Below, one piece after another: positions 20,098-29,390 of a stretch of 45,073 nt of DNA. Position 1 is the stretch's first letter, and each line of letters starts with the position of its first letter. Below the pieces are notes generated by a model. That model ran no database searches, had not been told where the DNA came from, and saw only the letters and a program-made list of their open reading frames with translations. A program made the position numbers and the translations under genes. Source of the stretch: an uncultured Dehalococcoidia bacterium (GTDB lineage Bacteria; Chloroflexota; Dehalococcoidia; Lucifugimonadales; Australimonadaceae); the NCBI GenBank assembly GCA_964391355.1, contig CAYMJY010000004.1, positions 1 to 45,073 of the forward strand, written 5' to 3'.

Positions 20098-20958
20098 ATG
20101 ACCAATAATCCATGGCGCGAAAATTGGGTTCTCGCAAGAGACATTAAAACACGGTACGTAGATGCTGGGGAAAACGGCCCAACTGTTGTGATGCTTCATG
20201 GCGGAGGACCTGGCGCTTCTGGTGCTGCGGGTTTTCAGCACATAATACCCTTGATGAGCGATCACTTCAGAATTTATGCCCCAGACCAAATTTCATATGG
20301 CGAGACTACAGCACCCACTATCGCTTACCCGGTTCTAGCTCATCATAGCCTAGTGAATCATGTGCGAGATTGGATGGATGCTCTTTGCATTACAAACGCT
20401 TATTTTATTGGGAACTCCCAAGGTGCCTATGTAGCAGCTCGATATGCACTCGATTTCCCTGGGCGTGTCTCAAAATTGTTCATGATAGGCAGTGGCACTA
20501 TAGCGCAAGCGTATGGGCTCCCTGCTCCTGAAAATGAGGCAAGAAAAGCGCTGCAGGAATTTGATGGCAGTCAAGATGGAATGCGCCGGTTCCTTCAAGC
20601 CATTGTGAATGACCCTGCCAAGGTCACTGATTCTTTAGTTGAAAGTCGTACAGCTAAGTATAACTTGCCCGGTATTCCTGAAATGACACAATCTTTTAGC
20701 GAAGGACGAGAAAGGATAATGACCAATTCGTTTTGGCATGACAAATTTATGCTTAAAGGCAAATTGGAAAACCTCGATATTCCTTCAATGATGGTTTGGG
20801 GCGAAGATGATCTTTTTGCACCAGTTGAACTTGGTTACGAGTTAGAAAAGCTTCTCCCCAATATCCAATTTAAGTATGCACCTAAAGCAGGTCACCAAGT
20901 CCAAACAGACCAACCGGAATTAGTTGCGCAAATGGCTACTGAATTCTTTCTCACTTAG
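20098..20958 (+). CDS. alpha/beta hydrolase, MhpC/BphD/HsaD-like C-C hydrolase
   Basis: HGGGPGASG, GNSQG (Ser107), WGEDD, AGHQVQ; catalytic triad intact. Confidence 0.82.
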   Translation: MTNNPWRENWVLARDIKTRYVDAGENGPTVVMLHGGGPGASGAAGFQHIIPLMSDHFRIYAPDQISYGETTAPTIAYPVLAHHSLVNHVRDWMDALCITNAYFIGNSQGAYVAARYALDFPGRVSKLFMIGSGTIAQAYGLPAPENEARKALQEFDGSQDGMRRFLQAIVNDPAKVTDSLVESRTAKYNLPGIPEMTQSFSEGRERIMTNSFWHDKFMLKGKLENLDIPSMMVWGEDDLFAPVELGYELEKLLPNIQFKYAPKAGHQVQTDQPELVAQMATEFFLT

Positions 20959-21033
20959 CTCAATTAAATTCAGGTAAATTTCGTTAATAGTTCTTAACGA
21001 GATATAATAGTCAATCTTGGAGATTGAAAAATT

Positions 21034-22623
21034 ATGTCTGAAGTAACACTATATGACACCACGCTTCGTGATGGTGCGCAGATGGAAGGGATAAGCTTAT
21101 CGGTTGAAGATAAGCTTAAAATCGCTGGACGCCTCGACCTACTAGGTATTCATTTTATCGAAGGCGGATGGCCAGGGGCCACGCCTAAAGACGATGCATT
21201 TTTCAGAGAAGCGAAACAACTGAACTTAACAAATTCGACCTTGGTTGCCTTTGGGTCAACGCGAAGAGCTGGAGCCTCTGTTAAATCCGATGCACAAGTG
21301 AAAGCTCTCATCGCTTCTGGTGCTCCTGTGGTTACCATTGTCGGAAAAGCTTCCCTATCTCAAGTCGAGACGGTATTAGAGACGTCCATTGAAGAGAACT
21401 TATCGATGATCCGTGAGACGGTAGAGCACCTGAAAAAGCACTCTATTCGTGTAATCTTTGACGCTGAACATTTTTTTGATGGATTTGCAGAAAACCCCGA
21501 ATATGCTCTCAAATGCGTCTCAGTTGCTGCTCAGTCAGGTGCCGAATTTGTAGTACTTTGTGACACTAATGGTGGAACACTGCCTGTGGATGTTTTCAAC
21601 GCGACCCATCGTGTAGTTACCGAAGTAGGTAATATTGTAGGCATTCACTGTCACAACGATGCTGACGTAGCAGTTGCCAACAGCATTGCGGCGGTTCAGG
21701 CTGGTGCAACTCAAGTTCAAGGTACAATTAATGGTTACGGTGAACGTTGTGGCAACACTAACCTTTTAAGCGTGATAGCCAACCTAAAGCTCAAACTCGG
21801 AATCGATTGTGTTAATGACGACCAACTTTCACATCTGACTGAGATTCATCGCTATGTCAGTGAAGTTGCAAACATGCCTCGTTCTCGATATCAAGCGTTT
21901 GTAGGTGACAGTGCATTCAGTCATAAAGGAGGGCTTCATGCATCTGCGATGGCCAAGGATGAGGATTCTTATCAGCATGTAGAGCCATCCTTGATCGGCA
22001 ATAGCACTCACATCTTGGTCTCTGAGCTTTCTGGGAGAGGCAACATAGCTATTAAACTTCAAGAAATGGGCATAGCCAACAAAGTACGCACAGAACAATT
22101 AACTGAACTCGCTAAACTAGTAAAAGAAAAAGAGGCTGAAGGGTTTCAATACGAGGGCGCTGACGCATCATTTAGATTATTAGTAGAGCGTGTGTTGCCA
22201 AGTTATGGCGCTCCATTTGAGTTAGTTGATCTACTAGTTGTGATGGAAAAAGGTAGGCGTGTTCAATCAGACAACTTGGAAAATACAGTATTAACAGAAG
22301 CAATGGTGAAAGTACGAGTCGGTGAATCCCTAGCTCACACAGTCGCAGAAGGGAATGGCCCAGTTAATGCATTGGACCATGCTTTGCGTCGCGCACTTGA
22401 ACAATACTACCCTGTGCTCAAAACTATCAGCCTTACCGATTTTAAAGTCAGAGTAGTTGAACAAACTAAAGACGGTACAGGAGCAGTTGTACGTGTACTG
22501 GTTGAGTCATCAAATGGTGAGAATGTTTGGTCTACGGTAGGAGCTTCGTCTAATATCATAGAAGCGTCATGGCAAGCCCTGTCAGATTCAATTGAGTATG
22601 CGCTTTTAAACTCCAAAGAATAG
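21034..22623 (+). CDS. cimA: citramalate synthase (TIGR00977 type)
   Basis: DTTLRDGAQ, FDAEHFFDG, HCHND, GERCGN, HKGGLH, GNGPVNALD. Confidence 0.92.
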   Translation: MSEVTLYDTTLRDGAQMEGISLSVEDKLKIAGRLDLLGIHFIEGGWPGATPKDDAFFREAKQLNLTNSTLVAFGSTRRAGASVKSDAQVKALIASGAPVVTIVGKASLSQVETVLETSIEENLSMIRETVEHLKKHSIRVIFDAEHFFDGFAENPEYALKCVSVAAQSGAEFVVLCDTNGGTLPVDVFNATHRVVTEVGNIVGIHCHNDADVAVANSIAAVQAGATQVQGTINGYGERCGNTNLLSVIANLKLKLGIDCVNDDQLSHLTEIHRYVSEVANMPRSRYQAFVGDSAFSHKGGLHASAMAKDEDSYQHVEPSLIGNSTHILVSELSGRGNIAIKLQEMGIANKVRTEQLTELAKLVKEKEAEGFQYEGADASFRLLVERVLPSYGAPFELVDLLVVMEKGRRVQSDNLENTVLTEAMVKVRVGESLAHTVAEGNGPVNALDHALRRALEQYYPVLKTISLTDFKVRVVEQTKDGTGAVVRVLVESSNGENVWSTVGASSNIIEASWQALSDSIEYALLNSKE

Positions 22624-22666
22624 CCGCCAATACAAATCACGAAGGGGGAATATCTATAATAAACCC

Positions 22667-23938
22667 TTAATAATTATCCATATCCAAAGCAATCGAGGCA
22701 CCGGAATAGGATTTTAACCCAAGCCCTTCGCCGTTCAATGGATTATAAAAAGCCCTCAGCCCCGATCTTCTAATTAAATCACTTGTTCGTAATGCAAGTG
22801 ATTCAGCCAAATCTTCAAAACCATGTCGCTTAAGGCCCCTCCAAATAATCCAATTGGCCTCAATACTGGTTGGCCCTCTCCATGATAATTTCTGATTCCT
22901 CGGATCGAATGAGGGATCAGTAGCAGATACAGTTGATAGTGGATGTCTAACCCAGAATTTACTCCCATCGCTTAAATTGCGATGAACTAATTCTTCAGCA
23001 ATTTTCGATGGAAGACTCCTAATTATCAAAGGAGACAAGCCAGCAATTGTCAACGAGGATGTTCTTCTATCTGCTTGGCCAGTTGTAGCAAAGAAAGCAC
23101 CTCCGTCTCTTGAGTAAAGATGGGCAATTAGTGACTCGGTCATTTTATTTGCTTGATCAGCATAGGCTTCAGCGACATTTGCAGCCCCAAAAGAACTATG
23201 CAACCTTGACATTGTTTCTAGAGAATCTATAAATAGTGCGTTAGTGAGGACATCTTTCGCTCTGAATGCACTTTTGACCATCAAATGTTGTTGATCGTAA
23301 CCAGCCATCGCGTTTCGTAAATCTATTAAGTATCTTCGCGAGTTCAAAGACCAACTGCTGGCAGTGCCCTCAGAAAAACCTAGTTCGGAATCAAACGCAG
23401 GTGAATGAGTGTTCACTGTCTCCTCAGGGCTAATACTAACTAGCAACCCGTCTACATCAACTCTATTTGACCCTATCCAATTGTGGTATCGATCAAGTGG
23501 TTCCATAAATGTAAGAGGCAATGCTTTATCAGTTGTTATTTCAGAAACCCTCTCGACTGCCTGGGCTAACATAGGTGGGTGAATAAGAGCACTATGTCGT
23601 GGGGCAATAGGATCACGGCTTTGAACGCTGGTCCAAACATCCTTCCATGTAAATCTTCGAGCATGCCAATTCGTTTTATGTCCAATAAACCCATCTGAAT
23701 CTTGGCGTGCTAATAAAGATGCTAATTCTTTGATCGCATGGTCGGGCGTCACATGTGCAGTAGCAATTGCGCTGAAGCAAGAGTGCCAGAAGCTTTGACC
23801 GGAATTATTTAACGGCGAGGGACGGATATATGAATATCTGAAACCAGTCAACCTATCGCGACCAGTTCGCAAGTTGATTGAAAGCAAGTGCTCAACTTGA
23901 TTGCGTACTGAATAAGTAAAATCGGAATCAGGATTCAC
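22667..23938 (-). CDS. GH63/MGH1-like (alpha/alpha)6 glycoside hydrolase fold protein with degenerate active site
   Basis: HPPMLA, HSPAFD, WRGPT, NWIIWRGL, YNPLNGEGLG scaffold motifs present; catalytic acidic residues absent (see findings). Confidence 0.8.
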   Translation of the reverse strand: MNPDSDFTYSVRNQVEHLLSINLRTGRDRLTGFRYSYIRPSPLNNSGQSFWHSCFSAIATAHVTPDHAIKELASLLARQDSDGFIGHKTNWHARRFTWKDVWTSVQSRDPIAPRHSALIHPPMLAQAVERVSEITTDKALPLTFMEPLDRYHNWIGSNRVDVDGLLVSISPEETVNTHSPAFDSELGFSEGTASSWSLNSRRYLIDLRNAMAGYDQQHLMVKSAFRAKDVLTNALFIDSLETMSRLHSSFGAANVAEAYADQANKMTESLIAHLYSRDGGAFFATTGQADRRTSSLTIAGLSPLIIRSLPSKIAEELVHRNLSDGSKFWVRHPLSTVSATDPSFDPRNQKLSWRGPTSIEANWIIWRGLKRHGFEDLAESLALRTSDLIRRSGLRAFYNPLNGEGLGLKSYSGASIALDMDNY

Positions 23939-24015
23939 AAGCTATATTATGAAACCCAATGGTAAAAATGAATACCCAAATTATGGCGTTACAAGAATCA
24001 TTGTATTTAACATCA

Positions 24016-26946
24016 TTACTTTAATGCTTGTGCCATGATTTCAACGACATGTTTAGATTTTTTCGTCGTGAAATGGTCTATTTGTTGTCTGCATGATATA
24101 CCGCTTACTGCTATTTCCCATTCACGTTTGTCTGTAGCCTCTATTGCTGGAAATAATTTAAACGCTCCCATTGATTTTGATACACCATAATGCTCAGATT
24201 CGAAGCCAAAAGTACCAGCCATCCCACAACATGCTGAATCAATTAACTCCGCAGAAAAACCGGGGATCGAGTTGAGAACTTTAATTGTCGGCCCAGTTCC
24301 AACAATAGCTTTCTGATGGCAATGTCCATGGACCTGAATGTCCACATTCAGGTCCTGTCGGAATATTGATCCAAAATCTCCCTCATTAATTGCGATCTGC
24401 TCCAATAGCTCATCTAACATCATTGAGGATTTTGCGACAGCTCTAGCCTCATCAGTCTGCAATAGGTCCGGGTACTCATCTCGCAAAGTCAGTAAGCAGG
24501 ACGGTTCAGTTCCTACTATTTTTAACCCTTGTTCGACAAATTTCGTCAAAATTGAAACATTATCCTTAGCCCATTTAGTAGCTAACCCTAGTTGGCCCTT
24601 AGAAATTGCTGGTCTACCGCAACAGCTTTTTTGGTTGATGATGATTACTTCATATCCGCAAGCTTCCAGAAGTTTGACAGCTGCTTGCCCGACTTCTGGA
24701 TGCATAAACTCAGTAAATGTATCGTTGAAATATACGATTTGACCTCGCCAGTTTTCAGTTTTAGAAACCGCTCTAGATTTAAACCATGATGAAAAGCGTT
24801 GACTTGCAAAACTAGGAAGCGGTCTTTTAATTGCTATACCCAAACACAATTTGGCTAGATAGCTCGTCACCGGAAAACGAGAGAAAAAGTTAGAAAGTGG
24901 AGCCATCGCTTGTCCAATTCGACTGATCTTTGCGATATTTGCAAAAGCTTTAACTCGCAACGGAACTCGCCTTACTTCGTAATACTTGGCCAAAACTTCG
25001 GTTTTGAGTTTTGCCATATCTACGTTAGAAGGGCACTCAGCCTTACAGGCCTTGCACTCAACACATAAATCTAATGCGCTATGCAGCCGCTCACTTCTCA
25101 GTTCTTCATAAGGTAATTTTCCAGACAGAATCAACCTCAGTAAGTTAGCTCTGCCCCTAGTAGAATGCTCCTCTTCCTGCGTAACCATGTAAGAAGGGCA
25201 CATGCCCCCATCCGTCCTTCTGCATGCTCCCTGCCCATTACACAATTCAACATGGCTTGCAAAGCCCCCGTCTTCTGAAAAATCCATAACTGTATCGATT
25301 TCTATATTCTTTGTTTCAGGACTCAAGCGCAGAACTTCCCTAATACCAGGAGTTTCAATGATCTTTCCTGGGTTCATAATCCCTTGGGGGTCAAAAGCAT
25401 TCTTCAAATTTTTGAAGGCCTCATAAATTTCTGAGCCAAACATTTTCTCCATGAATGCTCCACGAACTATCCCATCGCCATGTTCTCCTGATAAAGACCC
25501 CTCAAACTCAAGGACTAAATCCGCGACCTGAGACGCGATACTTTCCATCTTGCTGAGTCCCTCTTCAGTCTTTACATTCACTATGGGCCGTATATGTAAG
25601 CACCCAGTCGATGCATGGCCATAGTAAGCAGCCTCTGTATCATGGCTTTTGACTATCTCCTCAAATCTCGCTACATACTCAGGGAGTAGCTCCGGAGAAA
25701 CTGCAGTGTCTTCAACATAAGGTAGTGGCTTTGCATCTCCCTTGACCGCCATAGCGAGTCCTAGTCCTGCTTCCCGCAAAGACCACATATGACGTTGCTG
25801 TGCCGGATCACTCGAAATGATCGTGGCGTAGCCAAGGCCTTTTTTCTCTAAATCTGCTTTAATTCTAGAGAGTTTTGAATCTAGCTCCGCAACAGAATCT
25901 CCATAGAATTCAACAAATATCATCGCCTCAGGATCGCCTTCAACCCAATCAAGCAAATGCCTATATCCAGCATTAGTTTTGCAGTTCCTCAAAATCATTT
26001 CCCCAATCAGCTCAACCGCTGATGGGCCGTGTTGAAGTATTGCAACAGTGGCCTCCATTGACTCCACAAGCCCTCGGAAATGAATCGCTGCTGTTCCTCG
26101 CATCAACGGAACTGGAACTAAATTGACTTTTGCTTCAGTTACAATGGCCAACGTACCTTCAGATGCTCCAACCATTCTTGTTAAATTCATGGGCGCATCG
26201 TTTATAAAATCGTCTAAGTTATACCCCGAGACTCTTCTGAGAATCTTAGGGAAACGCCTCGCCACCTCATCCCGATGGTTAAATGCAATTCTTCGAACTT
26301 CACGGTATAACTGACCTTCTAGTGTTTCCAAGGACATTCTTCGTTCGAGTTCTTGTCCTCCTGCAGAGTCAAACTTTACGGAATTGCCATCTGATAAAAC
26401 CGCCCTTACTTCCAAAATATGATCTAGCGTCTTGCCATAAATCACAGAGTGCGCACCGCAGGAGTTGTTCCCAATTCCACCTCCAACCGTCGCTCTTGCA
26501 CTCGTGACCGGATCTGGCCCATACATCAAGCCATATGGGCGCATATATGCGCTCAAGTGGTTGTTTACGATCCCTGGTTGTACTCGAGCCCAGCGCTGTT
26601 CAGTTTGGACTTCAATAACATTTCTCATGTATTTGGAAAAATCCATAACAATAGCGTGGTTAGTAGTCTGCCCTGCCAAGCCTGTGCCACCACCTCTGGG
26701 GAGTACTGGCACATTGTGCTGGAGTGCAACCTGGACTGTTGCCTCAACATCATCGCTGTTCCGTGGTAGGACAACTCCCACTGGCTCCATCTGATACATT
26801 GAAGCATCAGTAGAATATAAAGCGCGGCTATAGGAGTCCATCCGAACTTCCCCAGAAACCTCGCCTTTTAGTTTTTGGGTGATTTCTTTTAACTCAGTCG
26901 ATGCTAGATCTTTGGCCTTACGAACACTTTCGTAAAGAATAGGCAT
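24016..26946 (-). CDS. FAD-binding and Fe-S-binding oxidoreductase (YdiJ/GlcD-GlcF-type D-2-hydroxyacid dehydrogenase)
   Basis: PRGGGTGLAGQ, GGGIGNNSCG, GEHGDG, CNGQGAC, CVECKACKAEC, CCG domains. Confidence 0.9.
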   Translation of the reverse strand: MPILYESVRKAKDLASTELKEITQKLKGEVSGEVRMDSYSRALYSTDASMYQMEPVGVVLPRNSDDVEATVQVALQHNVPVLPRGGGTGLAGQTTNHAIVMDFSKYMRNVIEVQTEQRWARVQPGIVNNHLSAYMRPYGLMYGPDPVTSARATVGGGIGNNSCGAHSVIYGKTLDHILEVRAVLSDGNSVKFDSAGGQELERRMSLETLEGQLYREVRRIAFNHRDEVARRFPKILRRVSGYNLDDFINDAPMNLTRMVGASEGTLAIVTEAKVNLVPVPLMRGTAAIHFRGLVESMEATVAILQHGPSAVELIGEMILRNCKTNAGYRHLLDWVEGDPEAMIFVEFYGDSVAELDSKLSRIKADLEKKGLGYATIISSDPAQQRHMWSLREAGLGLAMAVKGDAKPLPYVEDTAVSPELLPEYVARFEEIVKSHDTEAAYYGHASTGCLHIRPIVNVKTEEGLSKMESIASQVADLVLEFEGSLSGEHGDGIVRGAFMEKMFGSEIYEAFKNLKNAFDPQGIMNPGKIIETPGIREVLRLSPETKNIEIDTVMDFSEDGGFASHVELCNGQGACRRTDGGMCPSYMVTQEEEHSTRGRANLLRLILSGKLPYEELRSERLHSALDLCVECKACKAECPSNVDMAKLKTEVLAKYYEVRRVPLRVKAFANIAKISRIGQAMAPLSNFFSRFPVTSYLAKLCLGIAIKRPLPSFASQRFSSWFKSRAVSKTENWRGQIVYFNDTFTEFMHPEVGQAAVKLLEACGYEVIIINQKSCCGRPAISKGQLGLATKWAKDNVSILTKFVEQGLKIVGTEPSCLLTLRDEYPDLLQTDEARAVAKSSMMLDELLEQIAINEGDFGSIFRQDLNVDIQVHGHCHQKAIVGTGPTIKVLNSIPGFSAELIDSACCGMAGTFGFESEHYGVSKSMGAFKLFPAIEATDKREWEIAVSGISCRQQIDHFTTKKSKHVVEIMAQALK

Positions 26947-27017
26947 TTAAGGCTCCGTTGAAATGATATGATCCTTATTCTAGCCGACGTTGGGAGCGCG
27001 TAACATACATACTGATA

Positions 27018-28262
27018 ATGTTTACAGCTGAAGGTTCTAATTTAAATCGACGTTGGCGAATGCTAGCTCTAATATGGCTGGTATACGTGTGCTTCGGTAT
27101 CACTGTAGGCAGCTTTCCTCCATTAGTTAGTTTCATATCTGAAGATTTAGGACTATCTAGCACAGAAATGGGCTTAGTCCTTGGTGCGTGGCAACTAGTT
27201 TATATTTTTACTGCTTCCCCAATCGGAAGACTAATAGACAAGTATGGGGTGCGTAAGTCCGTTACAGTTGGTCTGATAATTATTTTGATTTCACTTGTTT
27301 CCAGAACTATTGCTGACAACTTCATAACTCTTTTTTTAACCGTTGCCATTTTTGGGATAGGGGGTCCAATTATTTCAATTGGTGCTCCAAAAGTTGTCTC
27401 CGAATGGTTCCAAGGTACTGAAAGAGGTTTCGCCGCCGGTGTTTATACCACAGCGCCTTTGGCTGGAGTCGCAATAGCTATTGCAACTGCAGCAAGCATA
27501 GTAGAACCAATTACAGGAAGTTGGCGAGGCATCGCTTTAGTATATGGCTCAATTATTTTAGGGGTTTTGATTCTTTGGGTTTTAGCTGCCGTTGATCCTC
27601 CAGACAAAGCAAGTGAAAGTTTCAATGGACGAGATAAAGCAAAGCCCCAAACACTACCTCTTCTAAAAATTACAAACGTTCAAATAATACTCATTTTGGC
27701 TTTAGTAACATTTTTAGCAAGCCATGGTTTGCAAAACTGGCTACCCACACTCCTAACCGATGATGGTATGTCAGTAACCATCGCTGGGAATTGGGTATCC
27801 GCAGCAATAGTAGCCGGTGCGATTAGCCTTGTTCTTATTCCTCTAGTATCAACATATGGAATCAGGCGGTTTGTGATGGGGTCGATGCTTTTAGCATCGT
27901 CTCTTAGTGGATTAGGGTTAGTCTTTTTTGATGGCACTGGCCAGATCATCTCTGTTATGGCTTGGTCGATTGCCAGAAGCCCTATTATTGCCGTTTCAAT
28001 GCTGATATTGATGGATACCAAAGGCGTTGGGAAAGCCAAAATGGGCACCGCAGCAGGGCTATTTTATGCAGTAGCAGAGGTAGGGGGGTTTTCAGGTCCC
28101 TTCATATTGGGTGCGGTTCGCGACATCACCGGAAATCTCGATATAGGCGTTGTTTCAATCTCACTAGCCACAATGGCTTTAATCGCACTAATGAAACTGG
28201 TCCGCGAATCTGCATCCGATATAGAAAGAGACTCTACCCCTAATACCACCCATGTTCCTTAA
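27018..28262 (+). CDS. MFS transporter (CynX/NimT-like)
   Basis: About 12 hydrophobic segments and the GRLIDKYGVR motif A. Confidence 0.88.
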   Translation: MFTAEGSNLNRRWRMLALIWLVYVCFGITVGSFPPLVSFISEDLGLSSTEMGLVLGAWQLVYIFTASPIGRLIDKYGVRKSVTVGLIIILISLVSRTIADNFITLFLTVAIFGIGGPIISIGAPKVVSEWFQGTERGFAAGVYTTAPLAGVAIAIATAASIVEPITGSWRGIALVYGSIILGVLILWVLAAVDPPDKASESFNGRDKAKPQTLPLLKITNVQIILILALVTFLASHGLQNWLPTLLTDDGMSVTIAGNWVSAAIVAGAISLVLIPLVSTYGIRRFVMGSMLLASSLSGLGLVFFDGTGQIISVMAWSIARSPIIAVSMLILMDTKGVGKAKMGTAAGLFYAVAEVGGFSGPFILGAVRDITGNLDIGVVSISLATMALIALMKLVRESASDIERDSTPNTTHVP

Positions 28263-28755
28263 TCAAACCTCGGAGGTACGCAATCTGGCCAATGTGCTGG
28301 ATATTATCGCCAAGAACAATCGATAAAATTTGTGCCAGTGTCATAGAGTCCCCTCCTGGGCGCATGGGTGGGAACTCTTCATCCAAGTCGTTTGGTTCTA
28401 ATTTTGAGATGAATTCGTCTGTTCTCGACTTAACAGCATCCCAAAAACTGATCAATGATTCGGCTGATGCACCTGTAAAGGTGTGCACATTATCAGGAGT
28501 CCACTGAATTTCATTATCGACTATGCCAAATTCTTCAGACCAATTTCCTTCTTCCCATTCCGTTTTCTTGCTTTGGACTCTGGAAAGTAGATTATCTTGC
28601 ACTCTTGTTAGATGCATTGCCAACCAAGCAATAGGGTTGGACCTCTCACCACCTGGCTGTGCAACTAACTCGCTGTCGGTAAGACCATCAAGCGACCTTT
28701 TGAATGTATTCTCAGCCCTGTTTAAAATTGTACCGAATAGTAAATTTGGCTCCAT
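28240..28755 (-). CDS. DinB/DUF664 family protein (thiol S-transferase-like)
   Basis: NPIAWLAMHLTRVQD and QHIGQIAYLRG, typical of the DinB four-helix family. Confidence 0.85.
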   Translation of the reverse strand: MEPNLLFGTILNRAENTFKRSLDGLTDSELVAQPGGERSNPIAWLAMHLTRVQDNLLSRVQSKKTEWEEGNWSEEFGIVDNEIQWTPDNVHTFTGASAESLISFWDAVKSRTDEFISKLEPNDLDEEFPPMRPGGDSMTLAQILSIVLGDNIQHIGQIAYLRGLIKEHGWY

Positions 28756-28910
28756 GGTTCACCTTAATAGTTGAATATGAATAGGGTAATCTAATTGCCT
28801 TGAATAGAGAACACCAAGAGAGTTTTTTTTGAATAGAAACATTTGTTTTTGGTCCTGAAAAATGCACTGTAATTATTTCTCGATGGTATGATCGACCTGC
28901 GGATAATTAA

Positions 28911-29390
28911 ATGGATAATAGAGCAATAGACGTCCAAATTCTTCCTGAATACTGTGATTCAGTCAACGAGACTTGGGTCCAGAATCTTGTCTCCAATACT
29001 CTTTTTTTGGCGAATCCAAATGGGGGAAGCGGAGTCAATGTACTTATTACCAATAGCGATACACTTCATAAGCTGAATTTGCGCTTTAGGGGTTTGAATG
29101 AAAGTACCGACGTTCTTTCTTTTGCACAGGAATCCGACGATCATCCGGATATTCAATTCCCCGTTTTCCCTAGTGAAGAATCGCTTGGTGATGTAGTTAT
29201 TTCGTTTCAACATGCTAAATCACAAGCAAATACTCACAATGTCACTTTTGAACGGGAAATAGCTTTACTTATAGTCCATGGAGTCCTCCACCTTTTAGGA
29301 CATGACCACGCAGAACCTACAGAAACAAAGGCAATGCAGCATCTGGAGAGTTTAATTCTGGACGATTTTTTTGCGAGCACTAAATCATGA
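28911..29390 (+). CDS. ybeY: rRNA maturation endoribonuclease YbeY
   Basis: LNLRFRG, TDVLSF, LGDVVIS, HGVLHLLGHDH. Confidence 0.95.
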   Translation: MDNRAIDVQILPEYCDSVNETWVQNLVSNTLFLANPNGGSGVNVLITNSDTLHKLNLRFRGLNESTDVLSFAQESDDHPDIQFPVFPSEESLGDVVISFQHAKSQANTHNVTFEREIALLIVHGVLHLLGHDHAEPTETKAMQHLESLILDDFFASTKS

